Origin: the human T2T-CHM13v2.0 reference genome, Homo sapiens
Strand: one strand, 5' to 3'
DNA length: 64,000 nucleotides
Assembly: GCF_009914755.1 (NCBI RefSeq)
Contig: NC_060942.1
Shown: in pieces, positions 1-17,370 of the stretch
How positions within the stretch are numbered: position 1 is the stretch's first letter
How the letters are laid out: each line of letters starts with the position of its first letter
Notes under the pieces: model-generated
What the model saw: only the letters and a program-made list of their open reading frames with translations
Database searches by the model: none
Told to the model about the DNA's origin: nothing
Translations under genes and position numbers: made by a program

Positions 1-282
1 TAAAACCAGAGTAAGTTTAGTAGGGATCAATACAGCACCTTCCACTTTTCCCCCAAAATCCACCTGCAAGCACAGCAAGTCCTGGCAAAGGTGGAAAAGA
101 TGTTATGGTTCTCTGTGAGAGGTGTGCACAATGTGAGAACAGCACTAGGAAAAATGCTAACATGATCTAAGGTTGATTAATAATACCATAACATTAAGGT
201 AGATGGAAGATGACCCTTTAGCATTCACACATTTGATAACTAAGATTTAATTATGCACAAGGTAGAGAGATAAGAATTACTG

Positions 283-725
283 CAGGGTTTCTCAACTTTT
301 TTTTTTTTTTTTTTTTCAGACAATCTCTCTCTGTTGCCCAGGCTGGAGTGCAGTGTCACGATATCGGCTCCCCGCATCCTCCGCCTCCCGGGTTCAAGGG
401 ATCCTCCCACTTCAGCCTCCGGGAGTAGCTGGGACTACAGGTGTGTGCCACCATGCCCGGCTAATTTTTTGTATTTTTAGTAGAGACAGGGTTTTGCCAC
501 GTTGTCCAAGCTTGTCTCAATCTCCTAAGCTCAGGCAGTCTGCTCACCTCAGTCTCCCAAAGTGCCAGGATTATAGGAGTGAGCCACTACGCCCAGCCAA
601 GGGCTTCTCCACTTTCACATGTACAAATCTCCTGGGTATCCGGTTCCAGTGCAGATTCTGATGCAGTAGGTCTGGAGTGGGGCTGAGATACTTCGATTTA
701 ACAAGTTCCCAGGGGATGCTGCACT
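283..725. mobile_element. MER5-family hAT fragment split by an AluJ (297-598, minus)
   Basis: MER5 motifs (cagggtttctcaac, cagattctgatgcagtaggtctgg, aacaagttcccaggggatgctg); Alu flanked by degenerate TSD aggg(t/c)ttctc(a/c)acttt. Confidence 0.75.
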
Positions 726-739
726 GAGTTCAAGAAATT

Positions 740-1062
<323 letters not shown>

Positions 1063-1364
1063 TCATAAGCTCTCACTCCTTCCAGCAGCTTTCTGTCACT
1101 ATTTAACTAGAACTCCAGATTCCTCACTCTTCATCCAAGTCTTGGAGACCTTTAGCAACTATTTTTAAAGGCAATGTGGTACTTCAGTTAAAACAAAGGT
1201 TTTTGGCTTACTGTTAAGAGGAAAAACTTCAAGGGTTCCAAAACTAAGGACACAACATAGGAACAAGTTCAACTCAGTAACAACCAGGGAAATCTATTAA
1301 GTCAAACCAGTGCAGTTCAGGCCCCATCCACACAGGCAGTGCCCAGAACTATAAATTTCTCAGT

Positions 1365-1621
1365 TTTATTCAAAAAGAATAAAATATTTAGGAAAAACAT
1401 TTTAACAAAATAAATTCAAGACCAATACACTGAAAACCTATAAACATTTTTCGAGAAATTGAAGAAGTTCTAAATGAATAAAAAGATAATTCTTATTTGT
1501 AGATAGGAAGATTCAACATTGTGAGATAGCAGTTCTCTCCAAATTGATCTATAGATTCTATCCGATTCCAGCAATATCCCTTGACTGTTTTTTTTTTTTT
1601 TTTGTAGAAATTGACAAGCTG
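1365..1621 (+). mobile_element. L1M ORF2 fragment similar to 3764-4058
   Basis: L1 motifs (gaagattcaacattg, ctccaaattgatctatagattc, T-run + gtagaaattgacaagctg). Confidence 0.75.
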
Positions 1622-1640
1622 TTCCCTGGTTGCCTCAGGA

Positions 1641-1644
<4 letters not shown>

Positions 1645-1680
<36 letters not shown>
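1645..1680 (+). repeat. (TC)n microsatellite, about 18 units
   Basis: Pure dinucleotide run. Confidence 0.95.
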
Positions 1681-1685
<5 letters not shown>

Positions 1686-2309
1686 CTGTCATTAAAAAAT
1701 TAACAATTTGTTTCCTTTGATTTCCTAAGTTCTTCCCTATATTTGTATTATGATAATACAGTGACGGAAAATTTACTTTATGTCCACACTTTGGTAATGA
1801 AGGAATCAAAACCCAGGCTGGACCACATTAATAGATTACTCTCTTAAATCACATTTATGCGAGCCTTGTTTAATGTATTTTCTTTTAAAACAAACTGGTA
1901 GTACTCAAATGGTCTATCCTCACTACACCCCCCACTATGATGTACACACAGAACAGTGAATTTTCTCCCTTTCAGTTCTTGGTTGCACTTTCTACCCCTT
2001 CTCCTCCAGGAGCCCTCCCCTTCCTGTCTCCAGCCCCCAGGCTCCAGCTCTGAAGAAGGCTGGCAAGTTTAAGGGCCTCATTGGTTTCCAGGAGAGTGCC
2101 AGCTCTCTTTCAGCTTCTGGGGCTATGGGCCCAAGCAGCCCAAAGAGCCCTTCTTTGAATTTGGCATCTGTTTCCTCTCAGGGACTGCAATTCCCACGGA
2201 ATTCTCCTTTACTTCAGTGTGCTGACAATTACTCAAACTGGAGACATTAACTGAGTGAGGTTTGACTAAAGGTGAAAATCCAGTTAAATAGCTTGAAAAC
2301 ACTTCAGTA

Positions 2310-2598
2310 GGCCAGGCGCTGTGGCTCACGCCTGTATCCCAGCACTTTGGGAGGCCCAGGCGGGCAGATCATGAGGTCAGGAATTGGAGACCAGCCTGGC
2401 AAACATAGTGAAACCCCGTCTCTACTAAAAATACAAAAAATTCGCCAGGCGTGGTGGCAGGCGCCTGTAATTCCAGTTACTCAGAAGGCTGAGGCAGGGG
2501 AATCGCTTGAACCTAGGAGGCGGAGGTTGCAGTGAGCCGAGATCGCGCCATTGCGCTCCAGCCCAGGCAACAGCGCGAGACTCCGTCTCAAAAAAAAA
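2310..2598 (+). mobile_element. AluS
   Basis: Full dimer; TSD gaaaa(c/t)acttcagta. Confidence 0.92.
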
Positions 2599-2917
2599 GA
2601 AAATACTTCAGTATAGACTGTGGTATGGTATATGTGTGTGTGAGAGACACAGGTTAAGCAGCTAGTATTAAAACAGGTGATGTGTCTTCCTGGATAGTTA
2701 GCTGGTGGTTCTCCAATCCGGAATACTGCCCACATTCCAGAGGCACCCTGCTCTTTCTGTCTCCATGACAGCAGCACTTTGTTAATTACCAGGGAGAATA
2801 TAGCAATGGGATATTAGTAAAATCAGTGGATTGTTAATGGCATGATGACTAATGGAAACAGATTTCCACTGGTGAAATTCATGGTAGTCAAGGTCTCCAT
2901 ATCAATTACATTTTAGA

Positions 2918-3170
2918 GCTGGGCATCGTGGCTCACACCTATAATCCCAGCATTTTGAGAAGTCGGGGCAGGAAGACTGCTTGAGCCCAGGAGTACAACA
3001 CCAGCCTGGGTAACAATTTTTTTTTAATTAGCTGGGCATGGTAGTGCGTGTCTGTAGTCCCAGCTACTCAGGAAGCTGAAGTGGGAAGATCTCTTGAGCC
3101 CAGGAGGTCAAGGCTGCAATGAGCCGTGATCACACCACTGCAATCCAGTCTAGGTGACCAAGCAAGACAC
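2918..3170 (+). mobile_element. AluJ with internal deletion
   Basis: cttgagcccaggag and ggtcaaggctgca diagnostics. Confidence 0.85.
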
Positions 3171-4345
3171 TCTCTCTCTCTCTCTCTATCTCTCCCCCAC
3201 CCCATTCCATATGTGTATATATATAAAATATAGAGCAACTTTTGTCTATGGCATAATAAGGAAGTTGACAAATTCTCTCCCACCCAAAAAAATTATGTAA
3301 GTGAACAAAGTTTTCAAAAGCAACCATTTCAGGACTCTGAAAATCATCTTAAGACAAACAACAAACTGGCAAGCTTTTCTTTAGGAAAAGCTGCTAGAGT
3401 TTTGGGTAAGATGCGTGGAAGAGAGCGTCCTTCCAGCAGAGGCAGCTCCATTCTTACCCCAGCCCGTCGGCAGGGGAGTTTCCTAAGGCAGGGCTAGCCG
3501 TGAAAGCCAGCAGCTCCACTGATGGAGAAGGCTGGCTTGATTCAGAGCAGAGCAGAAGCACATGCCTAATGATCTTATCAGCAAAAGTAGTGAACTTGGT
3601 AGAAAATGAATGGGGAAAGCTCACAGCTGGGCTAGCCTGAGGTTTTAGTCCCAGTAGGGTGCATGCAACCGATAGCTGGACCAGCCAAAATTGTAATAAC
3701 GAGATCCTGGAAACAGGAGAGCCACAGAAGGGCTGGATCAGCTCTCCATCCACACCAGGCTTCTTTATTCAAAAGGAACAAAATACTTGAACAAAAAAAA
3801 TAATAAAAAAAAAAGAATGAAAGAAATTCAAGAAAAATTCAATGAAAGAAATGTTATTCACAGAAAACCTATAAAAATTTTGGGGGAGAAATTAGAGAAG
3901 ATTTAAATGAATGAAAAGATATTTCTTATTCATGAACGGGAAGATTCAATATTGTTAGACAGCAATTCTCCTTAAATTGATCTGTAGGTTCCATCCAATT
4001 GCTATCAAAATCTCAGCTGGCTTTTTTTTTTTTTTTTTTTGTAGAAATTGGCAAGCTGATACAATTGGAAATACAAATGACCTAGAACAGTTAAAGCACT
4101 TTAGAAAAAGTTAACAAAGTTGAATGACTTACACTACCTATTTCAAAACTTACTATAAAGCCAAAGAAGTCCAGACAGTGTGATATTAGCATAAAACAGA
4201 TGCATAGATCAATAGAACAAAATAGAGTCCAAAAGTATATACTTATTTTTATGGTCATTTGATTTTTGGCAAAGGTGCGAAGGCAATTTTCAACAAATGT
4301 TGCTGGGACCACTGGATATCTATATGCAAAAAATGAACTTACACC

Positions 4346-6018
4346 TCTCCCTCTCCCTCTCCCCTCTCCCCTCTCCCCTCTCCCCACGGTCTCCCTCTCC
4401 CTCTCTTTCCACGGTCTCCCTCTCATGCTGAGCCGAAGCTGGACTGCACTGCTGCCATCTCGGCTCACTGCAACCTCCCTGCCTGATTCTCCTGACTCAG
4501 CCTGCCTAGTGCCTGCGATTGCAGGCTCGCGCCGCCACGCCTGACTGGTTTTGGTGGAGACGGGGTTTCGCTGTGTTGGCCAGGCCGGTCTCCAGCCCCT
4601 AACCGCAAGTAATCCGCCAGCCTCAGCCTCCCGAGGTGCCGGGATTGCAGACGGAGTCTCCTTCACTCAGTGCTCAATGGTGCCCAGGCTGGAGTGCAGT
4701 GGCGTGATCTCGGCTCGCTACAACCTCCACCTCCCAGCCGCCTGCCTTGGCCTCCCAAAGTGCCGAGATTGCAGCCTCTGCCCGGCTGCCACCCCGTCTG
4801 GGAAGTGAGGAGTGTCTCTGCCTGGCCGCCCATCGTCTGGGATGTGAGGAGCCCCTCTGCCTGGCTGCCCAGTCTGGAAAGTGAGGAGCGTCTCCGCCCG
4901 GCCGCCATCCCACCTAGGAAGTGAGGAGCACCTCTTCCCGGCCGCCATCACATCTAGGAAGTGAGGAGCGTCCCTGCCCGGCCGCCCATCGTCTAAGATG
5001 TGGGGAGCGCCTCTGCCCCGCCGCCCCGTCTGGGATGTGAGGAGCACCTCTGCCCGGCTGCGACCCCGTCTGGGAGGTGAGGAGCATCTCTGCCCGGCCG
5101 CCCCGTCTGAGAAGTGAGGAGACCCTCTGCCCGGCAACCGCCCCGTCTGAGAAGTGAGGAGCCTCTCCGACCGGCAGCCACCCAGTCTGGGAAGTGAGGA
5201 GCGTCTCCGCCCGGCAGCCACCCCATCCGGGAGGGAGGTGGGGGGGTCAGCCCCCCGCCCGGCCAGCCACCCCGTCCAGGAGGTGAGGGGCGCCTCTGCC
5301 CGGCCACCCCTACTGGGAAGTGAGGAGCCCCTCTGCCCGGCCACCGCCCCGTCCGGGAGGGAGGTGGGGGGGTCAGCCCCCCGCCCGGCCAGCCGCCCCG
5401 TCCGGGAGGTGAGGGGCGCCTCTGCCCGGCCGCCCCTACTGGGAAGTGAGGAGCCCCTCTGCCCGGCCACCACCCCGTCTGGGAGGTGTACTCAACAGCT
5501 CATTGAGAACAGGCCATGATGACAATGGTGGTTTTGTGGAATAGAAAGGGGGGAAAGGCGGGGAAAAGATTGAGAAATCGGATGGTTGCCGTGTCTGTGT
5601 AGAAAGAAGTAGACATGGGAGACTTTTCATTTTGTTCTGTACTAAGATAAATTCTTCTGCCTTGGGATCCTGTTGATCTGTGACCTTACCCCCAACCCTG
5701 TGCTCTCTGAAACATGTGCTGTGTCCACTCAGGGTTAAATGGATTAAGGGCGGTGCAAGATGTGCTTTGTTAAACAGATGCTTGAAGGCAGCATGCTCGT
5801 TAAGAGTCATCACCACTCCCTAATCTCAAGTACCCAGGGACACAAACACTGCGGAAGGCCGCAGGGTCCTCTGCCTAGGAAAACCAGAGACCTTTGTTCA
5901 CTTGTTTATATGCTGACCTTCCCTCCACTATTGTCCTATGACCCTGCCAAATCCCCCTCTGTGAGAAACACCCAAGAATTATCAATAAAAAATAAATAAA
6001 TTTAAAAAAAAACAAAAA
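4346..6018 (+). mobile_element. Full-length SVA retrotransposon (SVA_E-like), antisense to LAMA1 in intron 1
   Basis: CCCTCT/CCCCTCT head, antisense Alu-like domain (~4410-4790), GC-rich VNTR (~4790-5480), SINE-R (~5480-5980), AATAAA and A tail. Perfect 18-bp TSD AAAAAATGAACTTACACC at 4328-4345 and 6019-6036. Confidence 0.97.
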
Positions 6019-6298
6019 AAAAAATGAACTTACACCCTGACTCCTTACCATACACAAAAGCTAACTCAAATGGATCATAAGAGCTAAATTTAAGAGCTAA
6101 ATTATAAACTTTCCAGAAGAAAACCTAAGATCTTGGATTAGGCAAAGAAATTCTCAAATATGACACCAAAAGAATAACCCACAAAAGAAAATAATTGATC
6201 AAATGGACCTCATCAAAACAAACATAAAAATAATAAAAAATAAAAAAAACCTATGGCACTACAAAACATACCATTAAGAAAACAAAAAGACAAGCATA

Positions 6299-6690
<392 letters not shown>

Positions 6691-7252
6691 CTAAGAATAT
6701 AAACAACTTGATTAAAAATTGGGCAAAATACTTGAATAGACATTTCACCAAAGATATATGAATGGCTAAGAAGCATCTGAAAAGATGCTCAATGTCATTA
6801 ATCATTGGAGAAATACAAAATAATACCATGAGATACCACTTTGAACTCACTGTATGTCTATCATCAGGTAATGCATAGTGTTGGTAAGAATGTGGGGAAG
6901 ATGGAACACTCAGACACTGCTGGTAGGGCTGTAAAACAGTGCAGACACTTTGGAAAACACAAACTTACCACACGATCCATATTCTAATCCTAGGAATTTC
7001 ACTCAAGAGAAATGAAACCTATATCTAAACAAAGAATTGTATGTGAATGTTTACAGCATTCTTCTTGATAGCTCCAAAAACCTGAAAACAATCAAAATGT
7101 CCATCAACTGATGACTGAATAAATAAAATGTGGTGTATCTACACACTGGAATACCATTCAGCAATAAAGTAGAACATTATTGACATATGCTACAAAATAG
7201 ATGAACCTAGAAAACACTAACCGAGAGAAGTAGACACAAAAGACTCCATTTT

Positions 7253-7558
<306 letters not shown>

Positions 7559-8185
7559 GACTCCATTTTGTATGACTCCATGTATATGAAATTTCCAGAA
7601 CAGGCACTTCCCAAAGTACAGACAGCAGAAGATTTCTGGGCACAAATGAAAATGATGACACTTTCTGCAGTCTTGGAAAGGTTCATACCAGACTGTGATT
7701 GTATAGCACTCTAAATTTACTAAAAAACATTAAACTGTACACTTAACAATTGGCAGAGGTTTAGGGTATGTAAATTATACTACAATAAAACTGTTAAAAC
7801 AGAGATTCTCCTCACTCTTGTAAGTAAGTGGTATAAATTTATGTGGCCTGAAACTCACATCCTGAAGGAATTTGATGGAACCTGATGCTTGATCCCTGAA
7901 ATGTCCTGTATCCAGCATTAGGAAGGCGGCCAATCACCAAGAGAGAAGTCTGAATACCCAAAAAGACAGAAAGCTGTGACTATCAGTTTGAAGGATATGG
8001 CCTAGGACTTGTTATGAGTCTGCTTGCTAGTAAAGGTATGTTCATAATGTGTATTGCAGAAGTGCGTGTTGGATCCAAGTTATTCTCTTGTGATTATCTA
8101 TGTGGTCAGATTGTAGGGACTAACCAATCCTCGTGTACCTCCATCTTCTTCAGTGGCTTCCATTATCCACCAAAAAGTGGATACA

Positions 8186-8503
8186 CGTTTTATTTATATT
8201 TTTATTTTTAGAGATGGGGTCTCACCCTGTGGCTCAGGCTAGAATATAGTGGTGCAATCATAGTTTACTGCAGCCTCGACCTCTTGGGCTCAAGTGATCC
8301 TCCTGCTTCAGCATCCTAAGTAGCTGGGGCTACAGATGCATGCCACCACACCTGGCTAATTTCTATTTTTTTTTTTTTTTTGTAGAGCTGGGGGGGTCTC
8401 CCTATGTTGCCCAGGCTGGTCTCGAACTCCTGGGCTTAAGGGATCTTCCTGCCTCAGCCTCTCAAAGTGCTGAGATTATAGGTGTGACCACCACATCTGG
8501 CCC
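8186..8503 (-). mobile_element. AluJ
   Basis: gggctcaagtgatcctcc diagnostics. Confidence 0.88.
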
Positions 8504-9661
8504 CTACAACAGTGACCAAAGGGTTATTTTCTTTATTAGCTGATTCCTTCAAATATTATTTTGGATTTATTTTAATATTGAATTTGAAATTATTCCCTTT
8601 ACCAATAACCATCTTATACATACATTTTCAAGGAAAGTTTGATTATATAAAACACGGCCCATTTAAATTCAGTCAATTATAATAATTAAAAGTAAACCAA
8701 CAAAGTTAGAAACCACTAAAGACAAAGGAGATGTTATGCTCATATTTCTAAAGAGAATGGGCCATTCTTTTGTTTAGTAATAAGTGATATTTATCAAACA
8801 AAAATCCATCTATGACATAAATTCTGTATGCCTTTGTTCTGTTCCTGAGAGGAGGAGGAAGTCTTAGCCCAGAACGCCTGGAGGAGAACAGCTGTTCTCT
8901 CACTTAAAGAAAGCCCTTTAAAGCCATACAGGTAGAGTTCCCTTAAAAAAAAAAAAAAACCTCTACTATACGTAAAAATATCACTACTCAGCAAATGCCA
9001 ACAAGTCTGCAGTCACATTAGAGTATTTTGAAGTCATATTCTTTAAAAGGAGACTTCATGCAGTAGAAATGTAGTGTTTAATTACAATTCTCTTTCTGTT
9101 GACGATGATACTATCCCACAGCAATAAGTGGAGTGATACAGGTGTCTGAGACTTTCAGAAACAGAAACCGCTCCCAAATCTGAACTGAGGAACACACTTA
9201 GTAGGATTCTTGGACACTTCTCATGCTTGACTCCTAGCACTGGGGTCTGGAGTACAAGGTCCACCTGTCACCTGTATGGCACTTTCTAGATACTCAACAA
9301 ATACTTGTTGACTATGTGTGTTAATGAATTTCTGGCTAGAGATCAGTGGCTCTAAATCTAGAAATAAGTTTTTGTTGAGTATAATGTAAGTTTTAAGGCT
9401 GAATGGAATATTCATCATCAGTAAATAATCCTATTACAAAAAATGTAATCCATTTCTTCTTTGCATTGATTGGGTAGATGAGAACATGCCAGATTAATAA
9501 TGTCTTCAAGTCATCAGGGTCCTCCTGGTTACTAGATTCTGTGGATTTTCTGTAACCATATTTGGACTCCACTCATGAGTGCAGAGAGTGTCTGAACTTC
9601 TTGTTTCTGCTGCTGGCTTGTTCCTGACCTTGTATTCTGGTTTAGAATGTGAGTGGAGGCC

Positions 9662-9999
<338 letters not shown>

Positions 10000-10050
10000 T
10001 TAGTCTGGTTACCTGGATTCTTCCTTGTTCCACCTTTAAATCCTGCCTGA

Positions 10051-10440
<390 letters not shown>

Positions 10441-10491
10441 TCACTAGTTACTGCCCTAACCCCTCTGTCCGTCTGTCTGGTCTCTAAATAA

Positions 10492-10802
<311 letters not shown>

Positions 10803-10849
10803 AATACCTACTATTAACAGATTTCCATTGCTTGTCTGTATTGGGATTT

Positions 10850-11230
10850 GTTCACTCAACAAATATTTACAGAATCTACATTGTATGTCAGGCACTGTGC
10901 TAGGCATAACAAATATAGGCAAAACTCTCGGCCCTTAAGGAGAGACAGGCAAGTCAACAAATAGGTGAAAAATGGTGTACTGGTCAGATGTACAAAGAAA
11001 TCGCTATGGAAACAATAAGAAGGATGACAGGGTGGGCTGGAGTCCGTCAGAGTGCCATAGGTGAAATGAAGCTCCCGTGATGGAACTACAGATATCACAG
11101 AATGGTCGAGATGTGGTTAGCAGTGGGAGAAGAGGCTGTGGAGAGGTCTGGGCAGGGTCAGACCACACAGGGCCTTAGAAGTCCCACTCAATAGAGAATG
11201 AGATGCCATTGAAGCAATTCAACAGGGATG
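10850..11230. mobile_element. L2 fragment
   Basis: ttcactcaacaaatatttac...ggcactgtgctagg L2 3'-end motifs. Confidence 0.6.
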
Positions 11231-11682
11231 GCATGACACGGTCAACCTCACAGTCCATTAACTCAGAGGGAACTTCCAATGTCAACAGCTTTCTGGGCTC
11301 TTGGAAAACTGTTACATTACATGCTACATTGGACTTCATCCCAGCACTTGCAGCTGGACTGGCCCTTCCAGAAGAACCTGCTCTACCCTGCAGACGGGCC
11401 CAGGCCCAGGTTCTGGCTCTGCTCGGTTGGGTTCAGTGCGATACCTCCCCAAGTGCCTGTAGCAGGGAAGCCAGGTAGGCAGCTGGTCTGTAAGTCAATA
11501 TAGGCAGATGTGTAAGGGGTGTGTGTGTGCATGTATGTCTGAGTGTGACAGGGATATGGAAAGGAAAATGGCTCGTTTTGTTGGGTGGAAGAGAAATAAT
11601 AAGCCAAATATTGAGGAAAACTTCTGAAGGAGGCCAGAAAAGCAAGTGCATAATGAATTATCAATTATTAAAGATAAGAGCA

Positions 11683-12048
<366 letters not shown>

Positions 12049-12837
12049 CTAGACCCTGGAGTCGCCAGACATGAGAAGGTGCAAGAGGAGATCAGCAGGT
12101 TGTATAAGGGAAGAAGGGGGTGGCCCAGATAATCCCAAAGAAAAGGCTCCTGTGACCTGTCCATTTAAAGGCATTGAGAAAGAAGGGATGCGGCACAGAA
12201 TAATGCCTGAATATGGAGGACACTTTTTAAATTTTGGATGAATTCGTTAAAGAATGAACAATTCAGTGCAACACCAGATCAATCAACACCCAATTCTGCA
12301 ACACCAGACTTTATCCCAAAACTTGAGGACTCTAAATGTCATACATGATCAAGAGTATTTGTCAAAGAAGGGTCTTGGCGAATGACCAAGTCAGCAAAGC
12401 AAGACTAAACTGTGGGGAAACCCATTTAAACACAAGTGCAACAATGAACCATCAGGTGAGAACTTTCCAAGTAAAAAACATTACACAAGGGACAATGGGG
12501 ACACAGAAGAAACTGGCTTTCCCTGAGCCACTTCACTGATCCAACGTGGTCTCTAAGTGCAGGGATTACTCACAGCTCTGAGATGTGTGGGTGTTGTTAT
12601 CCCCACTTCACAGAGCTGTGGGAATATCAGAAAATAGACATGAAATGAGGAGAGTCAGTTGGGACCCGAGTATTCCACATCTGTTATGTACAGAGCACTA
12701 GTCTGTGGGCTGCGGTGGGCAGGACGGGATCAATGCCCCAACTTGCACCCTACAGACAAAGCGAGGGATGGTGGCAGATCCTGCCTCCTTGCATTGCTGT
12801 GTAAACTGCATTCACCTACAAAGTTTATGATGTTAAC

Positions 12838-13280
<443 letters not shown>

Positions 13281-13643
13281 AATGTGCAGCCCACAGAGGG
13301 AACTTCTGTGTCACTGTTTGAGTCTGCTCTTCTGACACACACAGAAGTGCTGGCCAAGCAGGTGACTCTGAGTTCTCCATGGAAGAAAGGAAGCCTAAGG
13401 GAAACAGCCACCACCCACCAACAGTGGCATATGATGTAGAAGCTGACCCCGCACCTCCAATAAAGCAGCCAGCCAGTGCTGCACGCCTCTGCCCCTCCTC
13501 CCCCGCTTTCCTCGACCCATGACCTGGACTACTCATTTCACCCCTAACTTACATGAATATGAGCAAGCAGAACGTAGATGGCAATGTCCACTCCTATGAC
13601 TTTAACTCCTTACTTGATCATCATTTCTTATGGAGAAAACTCC

Positions 13644-13941
13644 TTTTTTTTTTTTTTTTTGAGACGGAGTCTCACTCTGTCACCCAGGCTGAAGTGCAGT
13701 GGCGTGATCCTGGCTCACTGCAAGCTCCGCCTGCCGGGTTCACGCCATTCTCCTGCCTCTGCCTCCTGAGTAGCTAGGACTACAGGCACCCGCCACCACG
13801 CCCGGCTAATTTTTTGTATTTTTAGTGGAGACGGAGTTTCACTGTGTTAGCCAGGATGGTCTCCATCTCCTGACCTCGTGATCCACCCGCCTCCGCCTCC
13901 CAAAGTGCTGAGATTACAGGCGTGAGCCACCGCCCCCAGCC
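13644..13941 (-). mobile_element. AluY
   Basis: TSD agaaaactcctttt. Confidence 0.93.
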
Positions 13942-14266
13942 AGAAAACTCCTTTTGATATATGCACTTTTCAGTTCCTTGGACTTCAAAAACAAATACAC
14001 TAAGAATGCCAAGAAGTGTCCTGGATTCACAGTGAGGAAGGCAGCCGAGAACAGGGCTCTCCAGACACACTACCTTTGAACATCCTTGACCCAGGGCCTG
14101 GAGGAGTGGAGGTCCCAAAGTGTCTTCAGTGCATGGATGAATGAGTGAATAAATGAATGATCAAGTGCATGAAAAAAAATTTAAAAACTGAATAGAAATG
14201 ACAATACTCCTATAAGGAAATACTATTCTCCTCTCCAATGAGGTGTTAACTCTAAAATACTTTCTC

Positions 14267-15200
<934 letters not shown>

Positions 15201-16428
15201 ACTCCCTTTTAAAGAAAAACACTGGGAGCTTCCAAAAGCATTCATATGTGGATGCATTATCTCCAGTTCTCCCCACTCCAAACTTCTAGAATGAACAAAA
15301 GTATGCCCATGAAGCCAGGGGTGAAGTTGCAAAGAGTTGGAAAAACTTAGTTTGTACAAAAGCAAAGGTAAAAATGGCAGAGTTGGAGATTCAGATAAAA
15401 GGGCTGAAGAGACAAACTGTGGATTTTGACGGGTGGGGAAAGAGTGCTAGCCCATCACAGGACACAGCAGCAAGGACAGAAAGCAAGCAGTGGCAGGAAG
15501 AGTTCTGGAAACAACTATTTGAACCAGAAACCCAAAGGGTCTGCTTGAAGACCAACTGGAAAGGTTCTTGTGCCTCTGGATACAAAATGGGAAAAGGTTT
15601 TTTGAAACACAGATTTTGGTTCCTACCCAGATCAAATCAACTGCAATCCATTTGATTGGATGATACAAAGTCTAAGAGGCTGAAGGACCACATACCCAGA
15701 GAGGTGCCAGGGCTGGGTTTGTTATCCAGAGTCCGGGGACCGGCTTTATGGTTGCTCAGGCAACCTGACTACCTGTGGGGAGTTCCTCGGTGTTACTGCC
15801 CTCCGGCTACTAATGACCCAGGTTTTAATGCTAGAACCCCCCTGGGGTTGTCTGTGTATTCAAAGAAATGCCGGGAGCTAAGGTTTTGATCTTCGAAACA
15901 GAAATGTCCCTTCTTTTTGACACTGGCTCATGTCATTCTGGACCAGCCATTCAAAAGAGGACCGGATGGCAACTTTGGCTGGGTGGGAACTCCAATTTAT
16001 CACAAAATACAATGCAGATTCAGAAGTGAGACAGTTGAAACAGGCCATCACATCGAGGCTGTCCTGGGGTTGGTATATTGCAGCCTGTGCCTGAGTGGTC
16101 AGGTTAGGTTTTCAGTGGGAAACGGGAGTGCATTTCAGGTGAGAGAGTCATGTAACCAAATCACACAGCTGCAAGTCAATATACCACGTGCAGTTAGACA
16201 GGAAGGAGACCCCTGCAATGGAAGCTAATAGTTCAGCTACAGAAAGGTGTGGAGAAGGGCGGGGTGACTGAACTTGGAGGGATCACTGAGGGCCATAGCA
16301 GGTGGGCAGGAGCAGAGGGAGAACATTAGAAGGCGGTATTTTGGCGGGGTTACTCTAACTGCAGTGTGGGACTGGATTAAATGAAAGGACACGAGCTAGC
16401 ATCACAGACCCGATAAAAAGCAGCCGGC

Positions 16429-16741
<313 letters not shown>

Positions 16742-17054
16742 TTACACTATAGCAGCTGGTTTAGAGCCTGGTGGCATTTGCAGTGCTAACAGAGAGAAAC
16801 TAAAACAAAAAGATCAGGAAGTTTTTCAAGGAAAGAAACAAAATTAAGAGAGACAATTTGGATAAGGGGATACAGAAAAAGAAAAACAGAAAAGGAAATG
16901 AAGCCTAGGTAACCAAAAGAATGCCAAGAACAGGAGAAACAGGGAGGGCAGCCATCTGGAGAAAGAACGAATTCCTTGTCCTGAGCTGGAGATAACAAGA
17001 TTCCACTTGTTGTGGGTAAAATTCTGTCATTACCAAAAGGTTGGAAGACATTTA

Positions 17055-17370
<316 letters not shown>

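Noticed and set aside
4790-5480. Spaced GC-rich direct repeats superficially like a CRISPR array
   Set aside because: SVA VNTR in a primate genome; units are tandem variants with no unique spacers.
4091-5999. Cluster of 80-250 aa ORFs
   Set aside because: All lie in the SVA (Alu-like, VNTR, SINE-R), a familiar source of spurious ORFs.
15374-15655. 93-aa ATG ORF with good Kozak context in apparently non-repeat intron sequence, antisense to LAMA1
   Set aside because: No recognisable family, promoter, splice or retrocopy hallmarks; length within chance expectation. tblastn or PhyloCSF would settle it.
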